Shown: positions 1 to 10,450 of the stretch, piece after piece | Position numbering within the stretch: the stretch's first letter is position 1 | How the letters are laid out: each line of letters starts with the position of its first letter | Source: an uncultured delta proteobacterium | Lineage (GTDB): Bacteria; Desulfobacterota; Desulfobacteria; Desulfobacterales; JAFDCJ01 | DNA length: 64,000 nt | Direction of reading: 5' to 3' | Assembly: GCA_963769935.1 (NCBI GenBank) | Contig: CAVYNY010000010.1 | Location: 672,001-736,000, forward strand | Position numbers and translations under genes: made by a program | The notes under the pieces: generated by a model | Database searches by the model: none | The model's input: only the letters and a program-made list of their open reading frames with translations | What the model was told of the DNA's origin: nothing

Positions 1-737
1 CTGCTGATCAGCTCCTGGCGGAAGGGATGGTCCAGCGATTCAAACGCTTCCGGGTCCCCCTGAAATACGATTTTACGGTCATACAGAGCCAGAATCCGAT
101 TGGAAATAAAGTAAACATCCGGAATTTCGTGGCTGATTAAAAGGGCCGTAAACCCGAACCGCTTCTGGTATTCAGCCACCATCCCCAGAATGGCATTTTT
201 ACGGATCGGATCCTGGCCGGTGGTGGGCTCGTCAAACAGCACAATACTCGGGTTGGTGACCAGCGCACGCGCTAAAGCCGCCCGCTTCTGCATGCCGCCG
301 GAGATCTCCGAGGGGTACTTGTCGGCCACCTCGGTCAGCTCGGTCTGATCGATGCGCGCCATGGCCTTTTCCTCGATTTCCTTTTTCTTTAATTTGGTCG
401 TGTACTTCAGCGGCATGGCCACGTTTTCAAAGACCGTCATCGAATCAAACAGGGCATTGCTTTGAAACATGTAGCTGATCTGACCGATGTAATCGTTCCA
501 TTCCTTCTTGCTCATCTGATCGATGGGTTTGCCCCGGTACAGAATCTGTCCCTCATCGGGTTTGAGCATCCCGATGATGTGTTTAAGCGTCACGCTCTTG
601 CCCGTGCCGGAAAGACCGATCAGCGTCGTCACCTCACCTTCGTAGATTGAAAAATCGATGCGGTTTAAAATATTGCGCGTGCCGAAAGTTTTGCTGACCC
701 CTTTAAACTCGATGATTGGTTCTCTTTGGGTGTCCAT
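1..737 (-). CDS. mlaF: MlaF/Mkl-type ABC transporter ATP-binding protein (3' end runs off the window)
   Basis: Hand translation from the ATG at 737 gives MDTQREPIIEFKGVSKTFG...GLSGTGKS (Walker A), ISGGMQKRAALARAL (signature) and LFDEPTTGQDP (Walker B). It lies directly downstream of mlaE. Confidence 0.9.
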   Translation of the reverse strand, partial: MDTQREPIIEFKGVSKTFGTRNILNRIDFSIYEGEVTTLIGLSGTGKSVTLKHIIGMLKPDEGQILYRGKPIDQMSKKEWNDYIGQISYMFQSNALFDSMTVFENVAMPLKYTTKLKKKEIEEKAMARIDQTELTEVADKYPSEISGGMQKRAALARALVTNPSIVLFDEPTTGQDPIRKNAILGMVAEYQKRFGFTALLISHEIPDVYFISNRILALYDRKIVFQGDPEAFESLDHPFRQELIS

Positions 738-774
738 GGCGTTTCCCGGAAAAAAAGTTATTGATTATTTGCTA

Positions 775-1623
775 TTAGACTATGAAGGAGGTAACCACGT
801 AATCTGAAATCAGGATCATCACGCACGAAATCACCACCGCCGAGGTGGTCGACAGGCTGACACTCTTGGCGCCGTAGCTGTCGGTGCGCATGTGGGTGAA
901 ATATCCCTGAAAACAGCAGATGGTCACCACCAGCAGGCCGAAGACGATGGACTTGGTAAAGCCCCCCGTAATGTCTTTTAACTCGGTGCTGGACATGACC
1001 CGGTAATAGTAGGTGCCCGAATTGACCCCCAGCAGCAGACAGCCGCTGACCCAGGCCCCGATAATCCCGATCAGGTCGAAAAACGCGGTTAAAATCGGAA
1101 AACTGATGACCGCCGCCGCAATCCGCGGGCTGATCAAATACCCCAGCGGATCGATGCGCATCGTGGAAAGCGCGTCGATCTGCTCGCTGATGCGCTGGAT
1201 GCCGATCTCCGCGGTCATCGCCGAGCCCGCCCGGGCCGTGATCATGATAGCCGCCAGCACCGGTCCCATCTCACGGATCAGCGTCAGCGCAATGGCGGTG
1301 CCCAGCACCCCCACCGAACCAAATTTGACCAGCACGAAATACAGCTGCAGCCCCAGCACCATGCCGGTGAAAAAGCCCACCAGCATCACGATCTGCGCCG
1401 ACTTGGCCCCGATAAAGTACACCTGCTGAATGATGTCCGGTATGGCCTTGACCCGGAAAATCATGAAAAAGGACCGAAAGAAAAATATGGCCATCGCCCC
1501 CAGATCGTTGTTCAACCGGAATGTCTTGAACCCGAAAAAATCGAAAAACGATATCAGCAGTCCCTTTTTGGGACTCGGGGCTGCGCCTCCAGCGGTATCT
1601 TCAACCGTTGCATTGTCTGCCAT
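775..1623 (-). CDS. mlaE: MlaE family ABC transporter permease
   Basis: Motifs REMGPVLAAIMITARAGSAMTAEIG and EQIDALSTMRIDP, with multiple TM segments. Confidence 0.93.
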   Translation of the reverse strand: MADNATVEDTAGGAAPSPKKGLLISFFDFFGFKTFRLNNDLGAMAIFFFRSFFMIFRVKAIPDIIQQVYFIGAKSAQIVMLVGFFTGMVLGLQLYFVLVKFGSVGVLGTAIALTLIREMGPVLAAIMITARAGSAMTAEIGIQRISEQIDALSTMRIDPLGYLISPRIAAAVISFPILTAFFDLIGIIGAWVSGCLLLGVNSGTYYYRVMSSTELKDITGGFTKSIVFGLLVVTICCFQGYFTHMRTDSYGAKSVSLSTTSAVVISCVMILISDYVVTSFIV

Positions 1624-2006
1624 TTTGTGATTTTCCTTTCCTCGAATGACGGATCCGCCCCGTGGTATTGCGATCTAAGAGTTGATTTCCGGCGTCTGAG
1701 GGTTTTACGGATCTGAAAATTACAACGTTTATATATGTAATATCACCATAATGCAAGGGGCTGAAACGTTCAGCGGCCTATTTTTCCGTCGGAAGGGTAG
1801 ACTTCAACAATCAGCTTGAATTGTATTCTTGTTTTAAATATAAAGAACGTTCTAGATTAGAATAGCCCAGTGATCGCAACTAAATCGGAGATATTATCAC
1901 TGGAACTACATATCACATTTAGTATGAATTTCAACCTAATTTTTTAATCCTTTTCAATCCTGGAAACGCTGTTTTACATGGTGCATAAATTGGGGAAGCT
2001 TCCAAA

Positions 2007-4109
2007 ATGTCTAAAAACCTATACATTGCAACCATGGAACCGAGAGGCGGCAAATCGGTAGTGGCACTCGGCATCATGGAATTGCTGTCGCGGCGTTTGA
2101 CTAAGATCGGATTCTTTCGTCCGGTTATTCCCGATGTTGAGCGGGACAATAACATTCAACTGATTCTGAGCAGGTATAATTTAAAATTACCATATGAAAA
2201 GATGTACGCCTACCATCACGAGGATGCTCAGCATATGGTAGCCGTCGGGCAGTACGATGCGCTTTTAAAGAATATTCTAAGCAAGTATAAGGCGCTGGAG
2301 AGTCAATGTGATTTCGTTTTATGCGAAGGCACGGATTACACCGGAGTTTCCTCGGCCTTCGAATTCGACTTCAATGCCGACGTCGCCAATAATCTGGGGT
2401 GCCCGATTCTCACGGTGCTCAACGGACGCGGAAAATCACCGCCGGAAATCATGGAGGGGATACGGTTTGCCCGTGAATCTTTTGACAGCTGCGGATGCAC
2501 GATCCTGGCGACGATCGTCAATCGCATAGCGCCGCAAAGCCTGGAGGCCATCAATGCGCATCTTGCGCAAGAAGCAGTTGCCGGGGTACCGGTATATATT
2601 CTGCCTGAAGCGCCTTTGCTCGGCAGGCCATCGGTCGGCGAAATCGCAACTGCCCTTGACGGCCGGCTTCTCCAGGGTGATCTCCATCGCATGCACCGCG
2701 AGGTCCTGGATATAAAAATAGCCGCTATGACCCTGCCGCATTTTCTGGATTATATCACGGAAGGCACCCTTGTAATTGCGCCGGGCGACCGCTCTGATGT
2801 CATTCTGGGCAGTTTGGCGGCCGCGGCCTCGGAAACCTATCCAAATATCTCCGGCATACTGCTAACCGGAGGCTTGACGCCCGAGCCGCCGGTTCAAAAA
2901 CTAATGGAAGGTTTCAAGAAATCGGCGCCGATACCCATCTTTAGTGTCGGCACCGACACTTACACAACGGCGGTGAATGCCGGTTCGGTGAGAGCCGCTC
3001 TCACCCCTCAAAACCATCGCAAGATTGCTGCCGCTTTGGGAGTCTTCGAATCCCATGTAAACATTCCGGAGCTCGAAGATCGGATCGCGGTGGTTCGTTC
3101 CAAGCGAGTGACCCCGATCATGTTTGAATACGAACTCATCGAACGGGCCAAGGTTCACCGCCGGCACATCGTGCTGCCTGAAGGCTGTGAAGAGAGAATT
3201 CTGCGGGCGGTAGAAATACTTTTGCGGCGCCGGGTGGCAGATATTACCATATTAGGAAATTCGGAGGAAATTAAATATAAAATCAATTCCCTGGGGCTAA
3301 ATTTGGAAGGAGCCCAGATGATTGATCCCCTGCGGTCGGAACAGTTCAACGATTATGCAGACACCTACTACGAGATGCGCAAGCATAAGCGCATATCCCG
3401 TGAAATGGCCCGAGATACCATGACGGATGTCAGCTTTTTCGGAACCATGATGGTTCACAAAGGCGCCGCCGGCGGCATGGTATCGGGAGCCGTCCATACT
3501 ACCAGCGAAACCATCCGCCCGGCCTTTCAGATAATTCGCACCCGGCGCGGAGTTTCCATCGTTTCCAGCGTGTTTCTCATGTGCCTGGCCGACCGGGTTC
3601 TGGTGTACGGCGACTGTGCGGTGAATCCGGATCCGGACGCCGGGCAGCTGGCCGACATTGCCATCAGCTCGGCTGAAACCGCCGAAATGTATGGTATCGA
3701 GCCCCGTATCGCCATGTGCTCATATTCCACCGGACAATCCGCTAAGGGAAAGGATGTCGACAAGGTGCGTGAAGCCACCCGGCTGGTCAGGGAACGTCGT
3801 CCTGATTTGAAAATCGAAGGGCCCATCCAGTATGATGCCGCCGTGGATGCCGGGGTTGCCAAAACCAAATTGCCCGCAAGTGAGGTGGCCGGCCAGGCAA
3901 CGGTATTCATTTTCCCCGATCTTAATACCGGCAATAACCTTTATAAGGCGGTTCAACGATCCGCCAATGCCGTTGCCATCGGGCCGGTCCTGCAGGGTCT
4001 GAACAAACCGGTCAACGACCTGAGCCGCGGATGCACGGTAACCGACATCGTCAACACGGTGGCCATCACGGCGATACAGGCGCAGGCAGTTGTGTCGGAA
4101 GGCAGATGA
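2007..4109 (+). CDS. pta: Phosphate acetyltransferase (long form with BioD-like and DRTGG domains)
   Basis: 700 aa. N-terminal GGKSVVALG; PGDRSDV; C-terminal EGPIQYDAA, FPDLNTGNNLYK and KPVNDLSRG. Confidence 0.97.
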   Translation: MSKNLYIATMEPRGGKSVVALGIMELLSRRLTKIGFFRPVIPDVERDNNIQLILSRYNLKLPYEKMYAYHHEDAQHMVAVGQYDALLKNILSKYKALESQCDFVLCEGTDYTGVSSAFEFDFNADVANNLGCPILTVLNGRGKSPPEIMEGIRFARESFDSCGCTILATIVNRIAPQSLEAINAHLAQEAVAGVPVYILPEAPLLGRPSVGEIATALDGRLLQGDLHRMHREVLDIKIAAMTLPHFLDYITEGTLVIAPGDRSDVILGSLAAAASETYPNISGILLTGGLTPEPPVQKLMEGFKKSAPIPIFSVGTDTYTTAVNAGSVRAALTPQNHRKIAAALGVFESHVNIPELEDRIAVVRSKRVTPIMFEYELIERAKVHRRHIVLPEGCEERILRAVEILLRRRVADITILGNSEEIKYKINSLGLNLEGAQMIDPLRSEQFNDYADTYYEMRKHKRISREMARDTMTDVSFFGTMMVHKGAAGGMVSGAVHTTSETIRPAFQIIRTRRGVSIVSSVFLMCLADRVLVYGDCAVNPDPDAGQLADIAISSAETAEMYGIEPRIAMCSYSTGQSAKGKDVDKVREATRLVRERRPDLKIEGPIQYDAAVDAGVAKTKLPASEVAGQATVFIFPDLNTGNNLYKAVQRSANAVAIGPVLQGLNKPVNDLSRGCTVTDIVNTVAITAIQAQAVVSEGR

Positions 4110-4591
4110 CAGATGATAAACTCCAGGTTTCAGGTGTCGGGTGTCAGGTGTCAGCCCCGCCGCCGGCCAAAACAACGGCCGGTCTGATCATAAAAGAAAC
4201 TTTTGGAAATCGGACACAGTTGGATTTAATATCACGCCCACTTCGTTAGAGCTCACAGAGACCGCAGAGAACATTTTCCTTTCGCCGCAGGCGCCTGTAA
4301 ACCCAGACCTCTGTGATCTCTGAGCGCTCTGTGTGAGATGTAGTTTCATATGAGGTGTCAGCGCTGCCGTTGTCCATCGGGGCAGCCGGTTGGATTGAAT
4401 AAACAACTTGTCGTATGAAATTTAATGAGATCAAACGTCATTTTGGGGCTAGAGTTAATGGCTGGCGGGAGTGGTTATTAACCACGGTTGCAAATGTCGA
4501 TCAGACCGGCATTTGCTTTGGCCGGCGGTGGGGCTGACACCTGAAACCCGAGAACTATAATCTATCATCTGACATCTGTTCTCTGTCATCT
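4104..4591. repeat. About 490-bp composite palindromic element between pta and ackA (arms of ~85-90 bp, internal hairpin repeat)
   Basis: 4104-4189 (AGATGACAG...CAGGTGTCAGCCCCGCCGCCGGCCAAA...CCGGTCTGATC) is the imperfect reverse complement of 4499-4591. An inner hairpin CTCACAGAG...CTCTGTGTGAG spans ~4252-4337. Confidence 0.8.
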
Positions 4592-4610
4592 AACAAATCA
4601 GAGGTACCAC

Positions 4611-5819
4611 ATGAAAACACTGGTCATTAACTCCGGCAGCTCCTCCATCAAATACCGGCTTTTCGACATGCAGGATAAAAGTGTCTTGGCCACCGGTCTG
4701 CTGGAACAAATCGGCGAGGCCGAAAGCCGTTTAACGCATCGGTCCCGCAATGCACAGGGCGAAATGGAAGAAATCGTCCGAACCCGGCCGGTCGAAAATC
4801 ATCAGGCGGGCTTTCAGCTCATCGAAAGCGTTTTGAATGAAACCGGGGCCGTCGGCGATACGCAGGAATTATGCGGCATCGGCCACCGCGTGGTTCACGG
4901 CGGTGAAAAATTTCGCGAGGCCACGATCATAAATTCGGAAGTGATCGAAACCATCCGGCGGCTGATCCCGCTGGCCCCCCTGCACAACCCTCATAACCTT
5001 CTCGGCATCGAAGTTGCTATGGAGGTCGCCCCGCAAGTACCCCAGGTAGCCGTATTCGATACGGCCTTTCATCACAGTATACCGCCCCCGGCCTTTCACT
5101 ATGCGCTCCCACAGGAACTTTATGTAAATCATCATGTGCGCCGCTATGGGTTTCACGGCACATCCCACTTTTATGTCGCCAAACAGGCGGCCCGATATCT
5201 GAACAGATCCCTGGAATCCATGAATCTGATCACCCTTCACCTGGGAAACGGCGCCAGCGTTACGGCAATCAAAAACGGCAAAAGCGTCGACACCTCCATG
5301 GGCATGACACCGCTGGAAGGGCTGATCATGGGAACCCGTTCGGGCGACATCGATCCGGCCATTATTTTTTACCTAGGCCGTCAGGCTGGTTATGCACCGC
5401 AGGAAATTGAATCGATGCTGAACGAGCAAAGCGGCCTGAAAGGGATCTGCGGGGCCAACGACATGCGTGACATCGGCCGGTTGGCCGCAAACGGGGATAA
5501 GGCAGCCGGGCTGGCCATCGAAATGTACTGCTACCGCATTAAAAAATACATCGGTGCCTATAGCGCGGCCCTGGGCCGGATCGAGGCGCTGGTCTTTACC
5601 GGCGGCATTGGAGAAAACGCCGCCGACATCCGGCGGCGCGCATGCGCGGGGCTGGCGCAACTCGGTATCGAGGTGGATCATCCGAAAAACAATGCCGGAA
5701 AAAACGGAATATTTGAGATTCAAAGCGCAAAAAGTTCGGTCGCCATACTCGTTGTACCAACGGATGAAGAACTGGAAATCGCCGAGCAGACGGTCCACTG
5801 TATAAAAGCGTTGTCTTGA
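4611..5819 (+). CDS. ackA: Acetate kinase
   Basis: Motifs LVINSGSSSIKY, GHRVVHGGE, APLHNP, YGFHGTSH, TRSGDIDP and VPTDEEL. Confidence 0.97.
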   Translation: MKTLVINSGSSSIKYRLFDMQDKSVLATGLLEQIGEAESRLTHRSRNAQGEMEEIVRTRPVENHQAGFQLIESVLNETGAVGDTQELCGIGHRVVHGGEKFREATIINSEVIETIRRLIPLAPLHNPHNLLGIEVAMEVAPQVPQVAVFDTAFHHSIPPPAFHYALPQELYVNHHVRRYGFHGTSHFYVAKQAARYLNRSLESMNLITLHLGNGASVTAIKNGKSVDTSMGMTPLEGLIMGTRSGDIDPAIIFYLGRQAGYAPQEIESMLNEQSGLKGICGANDMRDIGRLAANGDKAAGLAIEMYCYRIKKYIGAYSAALGRIEALVFTGGIGENAADIRRRACAGLAQLGIEVDHPKNNAGKNGIFEIQSAKSSVAILVVPTDEELEIAEQTVHCIKALS

Positions 5820-5840
5820 TGCAGGAATAGATGGGGATGT

Positions 5841-5898
5841 TCGTTAAGATCGTCCCAGTTAAACAAAAGACGAAAAGGTTTAACGGGATAAATTTTGA
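5841..5898. repeat. Dispersed palindromic repeat CCCAGTTAAAC...GTTTAACGGG (copy 1)
   Basis: Nearly identical to 14027-14124, which carries an extra 40-bp insert. Embedded in GATCGTT-type tandem units. Confidence 0.8.
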
Positions 5899-6251
5899 CC
5901 GTTAGGATCGTTGAGATCGGTTGAATCGGTTGGATCGTTAAGAACGGAGGCATCGTTGGCTTGGTTGATGATGTTGATTAAATTGATTTTCAAATTCCCG
6001 CTTCCAACTTCCCACTTCAAAAGTGGCACTGCTCTCTGTCTTTTGTCATCTGGTTTCTGTCTTCTGCTATCGAACTATTGAAAGCCACAGACAAGTTCTT
6101 ATGTTAACGATAAAGATGCGGCAATGAAGTATAGCAGCGATGGAATAATGGCCTAGGGATAAATTCTTTTTCAAAACGCCAATACTCCATCACTCCAGTA
6201 CTCCAGGGCCGATACTTTTAAGACCCTTTTTGTAGTAATTGAAGAAATGCA

Positions 6252-7949
6252 ATGGCAGACTTGCAAAAGGTAAAGTCGCTGCTCAACGGGATATACGGCC
6301 CGCAAACCGGTAAGGCAGCCTTTGAGCGGATTCAGCCGATAATAGAAAAATTCCCGGTCCCAAAAAGAAAAAAACAGGAATTCTTCTCGCAGGAAGACAT
6401 CGTGCTGATCACCTACGGCGACTCGCTGAAAACAGCAGGACAAGCTCCGTTGGCCACGCTGCGCGAATTTGCCGGCAGTTACCTGAAGGGGGCTGTTACC
6501 ACGATTCACTTTTTGCCGTTTTTCCCCTATTCTTCCGATGATGGATTCTCGGTCATGGATTTTTTCGCAATTGACCCGGAACTGGGTTCCTGGGAGAATG
6601 TCCATGACATCGGGCGCGACTTTCAGCTCATGTTTGATTATGTGGTCAATCACTTCTCCTCCAAAAGCCGGTGGTTTGCCGACTATCTGGCGGATAAGGA
6701 GGGATTTGAAGACTTTGCGATTGAAGTTGATCCGTCATTAGATTTGTCCCTGGTAACCCGCCCGCGCTCTTTGCCCCTGCTGTCTGAATATAAAAAACAT
6801 GACGGACGCCGGGTTCATCTATGGACCACATTCAGCGCCGATCAGATTGATTTTAATTTTAAAAGCTTGAATGTGCTGGCAAAAATGATAGAAGTGCTGC
6901 TCTTTTATGTCCAACAGGGCGCAGCGATTTTAAGACAGGACGCCATCGCGTATCTATGGAAGGAAATCGGCACCACCTGCATCCATCTGCCGCAGACCCA
7001 CGCCATGGTCAAACTATTTCGCGCCATCCTGGACATTATCGCTCCGGATGTCATGATCCTGACGGAAACCAATGTTCCCCATCCAGAGAATATCCGCTAT
7101 TTCGGCAACGGTCGCGATGAGGCCCAGATGGTTTACAACTTTACCCTGCCGCCGCTGCTTTTCTATTCTTTTGTCAAAGAAGACGCCACCGCCCTGTCCG
7201 AGTGGGCCAAAGGACTTCAATTGCCATCCTCCAGCAACACGTTTTTCAACTTCACGGCCTCCCACGACGGCATCGGCGTCCGCCCCCTGGAGGGTATTCT
7301 GCCGCCACAGGAACTGGAGGCGCTGATCGGGGTCGTCAACACCAATGGCGGGCAAGTGTCTTATAAGAGAAATCCGGACGGCAGCGACAGCCCCTATGAA
7401 CTGAACATCACTTATGTGGATGCGGTTTTAGCCGACCAAAAATCCGACCGGGCGAATAAGTTTCTGGCATCCCAGGCCATTCAGTATGCCCTGCCCGGTG
7501 TGCCGGCCACCTATATCCACAGTCTGCTGGGCTCCCGCAACTGGACGGCAGGCGTTCAACAGACCGGCCGCGCCCGAACCGTAAACCGGGAAAAGCTGCA
7601 GGTGGAAGAAGTTATAAAAGAGTTGAACGATCCCCAATCATTCCGATCGCGAATTTTTTTCCCGTATATCAATTTAATCAAAACCCGCACAAAGCAGCCG
7701 GCTTTTCATCCGAATGCGGAGTTTGAAATACTGGAAATTGATCCCAGGGTATTTGCCATCCGGCGTTCTTCGAGTGAACAGACGGTCTTTGCGCTGACCA
7801 ATATATCTCCGGCGGAGGTCTGTCTGTCATTGTCGCAAAGCGGTGCATCCGGCCGCATGCAGGATCTCATTTCCGGCGCGGCGCTCAGATCGGCTTCATT
7901 TTCCTTAAAACCTTTCCAGTATGCCTGGTTGACGCCGGCAACTTCATAA
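6252..7949 (+). CDS. GH13_18 sugar phosphorylase (glucosylglycerate/sucrose phosphorylase family, YcjM-like)
   Basis: Motifs LITYGDS, PYSSDDGFSV, WTTFSADQIDFNF, RQDAIAY, LTETNVPH, FNFTASHDGIG and PYELNITY. Confidence 0.88.
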   Translation: MADLQKVKSLLNGIYGPQTGKAAFERIQPIIEKFPVPKRKKQEFFSQEDIVLITYGDSLKTAGQAPLATLREFAGSYLKGAVTTIHFLPFFPYSSDDGFSVMDFFAIDPELGSWENVHDIGRDFQLMFDYVVNHFSSKSRWFADYLADKEGFEDFAIEVDPSLDLSLVTRPRSLPLLSEYKKHDGRRVHLWTTFSADQIDFNFKSLNVLAKMIEVLLFYVQQGAAILRQDAIAYLWKEIGTTCIHLPQTHAMVKLFRAILDIIAPDVMILTETNVPHPENIRYFGNGRDEAQMVYNFTLPPLLFYSFVKEDATALSEWAKGLQLPSSSNTFFNFTASHDGIGVRPLEGILPPQELEALIGVVNTNGGQVSYKRNPDGSDSPYELNITYVDAVLADQKSDRANKFLASQAIQYALPGVPATYIHSLLGSRNWTAGVQQTGRARTVNREKLQVEEVIKELNDPQSFRSRIFFPYINLIKTRTKQPAFHPNAEFEILEIDPRVFAIRRSSSEQTVFALTNISPAEVCLSLSQSGASGRMQDLISGAALRSASFSLKPFQYAWLTPATS

Positions 7950-8007
7950 TATACTATTCAATTTTGATATTACACCCTGGCTTACATTTCAGGCAAAGAG
8001 GTAAGAA

Positions 8008-10134
8008 ATGACTGATTCCGCTGCATTACTGAAGAAAACCGGAGATGGATTCGGCACCTTAAGTGTATCGAGGAAATACATCGATTCGGCTTTAAAGTGG
8101 CTTGAGGTCTGGCTGACGGATCGTATATTCGAAGACTATGGTCCGCAAATCAGATATTTAATCGAGTCTGAAAAATGGGACTTCTTATTGGATTCCTTCT
8201 ATCAGGTCATTCCCTTCGGCACCGGCGGCCGCCGCGGATTGGTCGGCATCGGACCCAACCGCATCAATCCCTGGACCATCCAGGCATCGGCCCAGGGCCA
8301 TTCCCAGTATTTAATCAAGCAATTCGGTGAAGCGGCCAAAACAAGAGGCGTCGTCCTGGCCTTTGACGTGCGCCGATACACCCAGCGAGGGATATACGAT
8401 GACACCCGCCCGAATCCCGTCATGAATCTTGACGGTATTCACCTGGCCGAAGCCGCCGCCGCGGTGTATGCCGCCAATGCCATCCGGGTTTACATGTTTG
8501 CGAGCCCCCGCACTACGCCCGAACTCTCCTTTGCCATTCGCCATCTGAATGCTGTCTCCGGCGATATGTTCAGTGCCAGTCATAACCTGCCGACGGACAA
8601 CGGCAAAAAGGTTTACGATCATTTCGGCGGACAGCTGATCCCGCCCGATGATCAGAGTCTGGTCGATGAGGTTACGCAAAACGTTAAAGAGATTAAAATC
8701 ATTTCCATTGATGAAGCCAAGAACAAAGGGCTGCTGGAACTTATCGGTGAAGACGTTGACAACGCTTATTACGCGGCGGTTTGTCCGGTGTCCCTTTCGG
8801 AAGCCCGCGATGTGAAAATCGTTTATTCGCCATTGCACGGAACCGGCCGTACATCCGTGTATCCGGTTTTAAAGCAATTGGGTTTCGACGTCAGCCTTGA
8901 TCCGCAGACTTCCAATTTAAGCGGTGCCTTTGAAAATGTAACCTTTAATATACCGAACCCCGAGGTGGCCGAATCCTTCGACAAGTCACTGCCTTATGCG
9001 AAAAAAGTGGCTGCGGACATTTTAATCAGCACGGATCCGGACGCGGATAGAATCGGCGTCATGTTAAAGCATAAGGGTGCCTGGCAGTTTCTGACCGGCA
9101 ACGAAATCGGCATCATTCTGACGAACTATGCCATTTCAAAATATGCAGCAAAAAAACGTTTGAACCAAAACAGCGTGATTATAAAAACAGATGTCACGAC
9201 CTCCTTGATCGAAAAAATCGCCCGGGCACATGGGGTTCAATGCATCGGCGATTTATTGGTGGGTTTCAAATACATTGCCGATGTGATGAATAAAATTGAA
9301 GCAGAAGGCCGAATCGACGATTTTATCTTTGGCACCGAAGAAAGCCATGGATATCTGACCGGCAACTATGCCCGGGATAAAGATGCTGCCCCCCCTGCTG
9401 TCTGGCTGGCTGAACATGCCGCTGAGTTAAAAGAGCAGTCCAAGACCTTGCTGGATGATCTCAATGGCATTTACGCCCAATACGGCTACTGTCACAACTA
9501 TCTTACTGAAATCCGTTTATTGGGTGCCAAAGGCATGGAACAGATCAGCCGGATCATGGATCATATGAGAAATACGTCAATCGCTGCATTCGGCGGCTTC
9601 AGTGTCATTGAACGGTTTGATCGCTTTCAGGGGCAACCCCAACCGCATCTTTCCGAAACCGATACCTCGGCCAGAAATATGCTGGTATATTACTTCGCCA
9701 ACCTGCCGGCGACCTCCAGCATCCGGGTGACGGTAAGACCCTCAGGTACCGAGCCGAAAATAAAAATGTATTTCGAAGTCGTCGGAAAGCCCTGCAGCCT
9801 CCAAAGCCTGGGGGATGAGAAAAAGAGAATAAGCGATATCCGGCTCAAGCTGGAAAAGACGTTTATGCAATATTGCTATAAGCTGTTGAACGTGGAATTT
9901 CCGGACAGAGGATTTTTGCTATTCTGGCAGTTGCCCCTTGGTGCCAAGCTGAAGTATTTTGAAATCGAAGACAAAATCGCAAATTTAAAAAATATTTCCG
10001 ACCGGAAAGGCCGCCGGGAGCAGTTGGAGGAACTGGTGGGATTTCTGGGAGCAAATCCCGTTGAAAAAATCGACAAAGCATTCCAGGCCAAATATCAAAC
10101 AGGCGTTTTGAAATATCTGGATTTAGCAGGTTAA
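8008..10134 (+). CDS. Phospho-sugar mutase (phosphoglucomutase/phosphomannomutase) with C-terminal extension
   Basis: FGTGGRRG, SASHN phosphoserine loop, DPDADR metal loop, GTEESHG and RPSGTEPKIK. Confidence 0.9.
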   Translation: MTDSAALLKKTGDGFGTLSVSRKYIDSALKWLEVWLTDRIFEDYGPQIRYLIESEKWDFLLDSFYQVIPFGTGGRRGLVGIGPNRINPWTIQASAQGHSQYLIKQFGEAAKTRGVVLAFDVRRYTQRGIYDDTRPNPVMNLDGIHLAEAAAAVYAANAIRVYMFASPRTTPELSFAIRHLNAVSGDMFSASHNLPTDNGKKVYDHFGGQLIPPDDQSLVDEVTQNVKEIKIISIDEAKNKGLLELIGEDVDNAYYAAVCPVSLSEARDVKIVYSPLHGTGRTSVYPVLKQLGFDVSLDPQTSNLSGAFENVTFNIPNPEVAESFDKSLPYAKKVAADILISTDPDADRIGVMLKHKGAWQFLTGNEIGIILTNYAISKYAAKKRLNQNSVIIKTDVTTSLIEKIARAHGVQCIGDLLVGFKYIADVMNKIEAEGRIDDFIFGTEESHGYLTGNYARDKDAAPPAVWLAEHAAELKEQSKTLLDDLNGIYAQYGYCHNYLTEIRLLGAKGMEQISRIMDHMRNTSIAAFGGFSVIERFDRFQGQPQPHLSETDTSARNMLVYYFANLPATSSIRVTVRPSGTEPKIKMYFEVVGKPCSLQSLGDEKKRISDIRLKLEKTFMQYCYKLLNVEFPDRGFLLFWQLPLGAKLKYFEIEDKIANLKNISDRKGRREQLEELVGFLGANPVEKIDKAFQAKYQTGVLKYLDLAG

Positions 10135-10420
10135 AATCGTTGGGATCGTTTTGTTCGTTGGATCGTTTGGATCGTTTTGATGGTTTGAGTCGTTTTGATG
10201 AGTTTGAGTCGTTTTAGGTTCCGGAAAAGATTTTTTTAGTCTAAATCAAATATTGATGGTTTCATAAAAAGTTCCGAACTCGTGGCCTTGGTGAAATATT
10301 GACAGAAAAGTGGAAAAACTGACCTTTTACATGACTATTAAAATCCGATAGAATCCCTTGTCAACGATCCCAACGATCCTAACTACCCAAACGATCTAAA
10401 CCATCTAAACCATCTAAACG
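10135..10420. repeat. Inverted arrays of degenerate ~9-bp units enclosing a degenerate MITE-like core
   Basis: GATCGTTTG/GAGTCGTTT units at 10135-10217 and their reverse-complement AACGATC/AACCATC units at ~10362-10420. The core ~10253-10340 starts TTGATGGTTTCATAAAAAGT and resembles ~35417-35516. Confidence 0.7.
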
Positions 10421-10450
10421 AATTCTGTCATCTGAATACAAGGAGCACCC

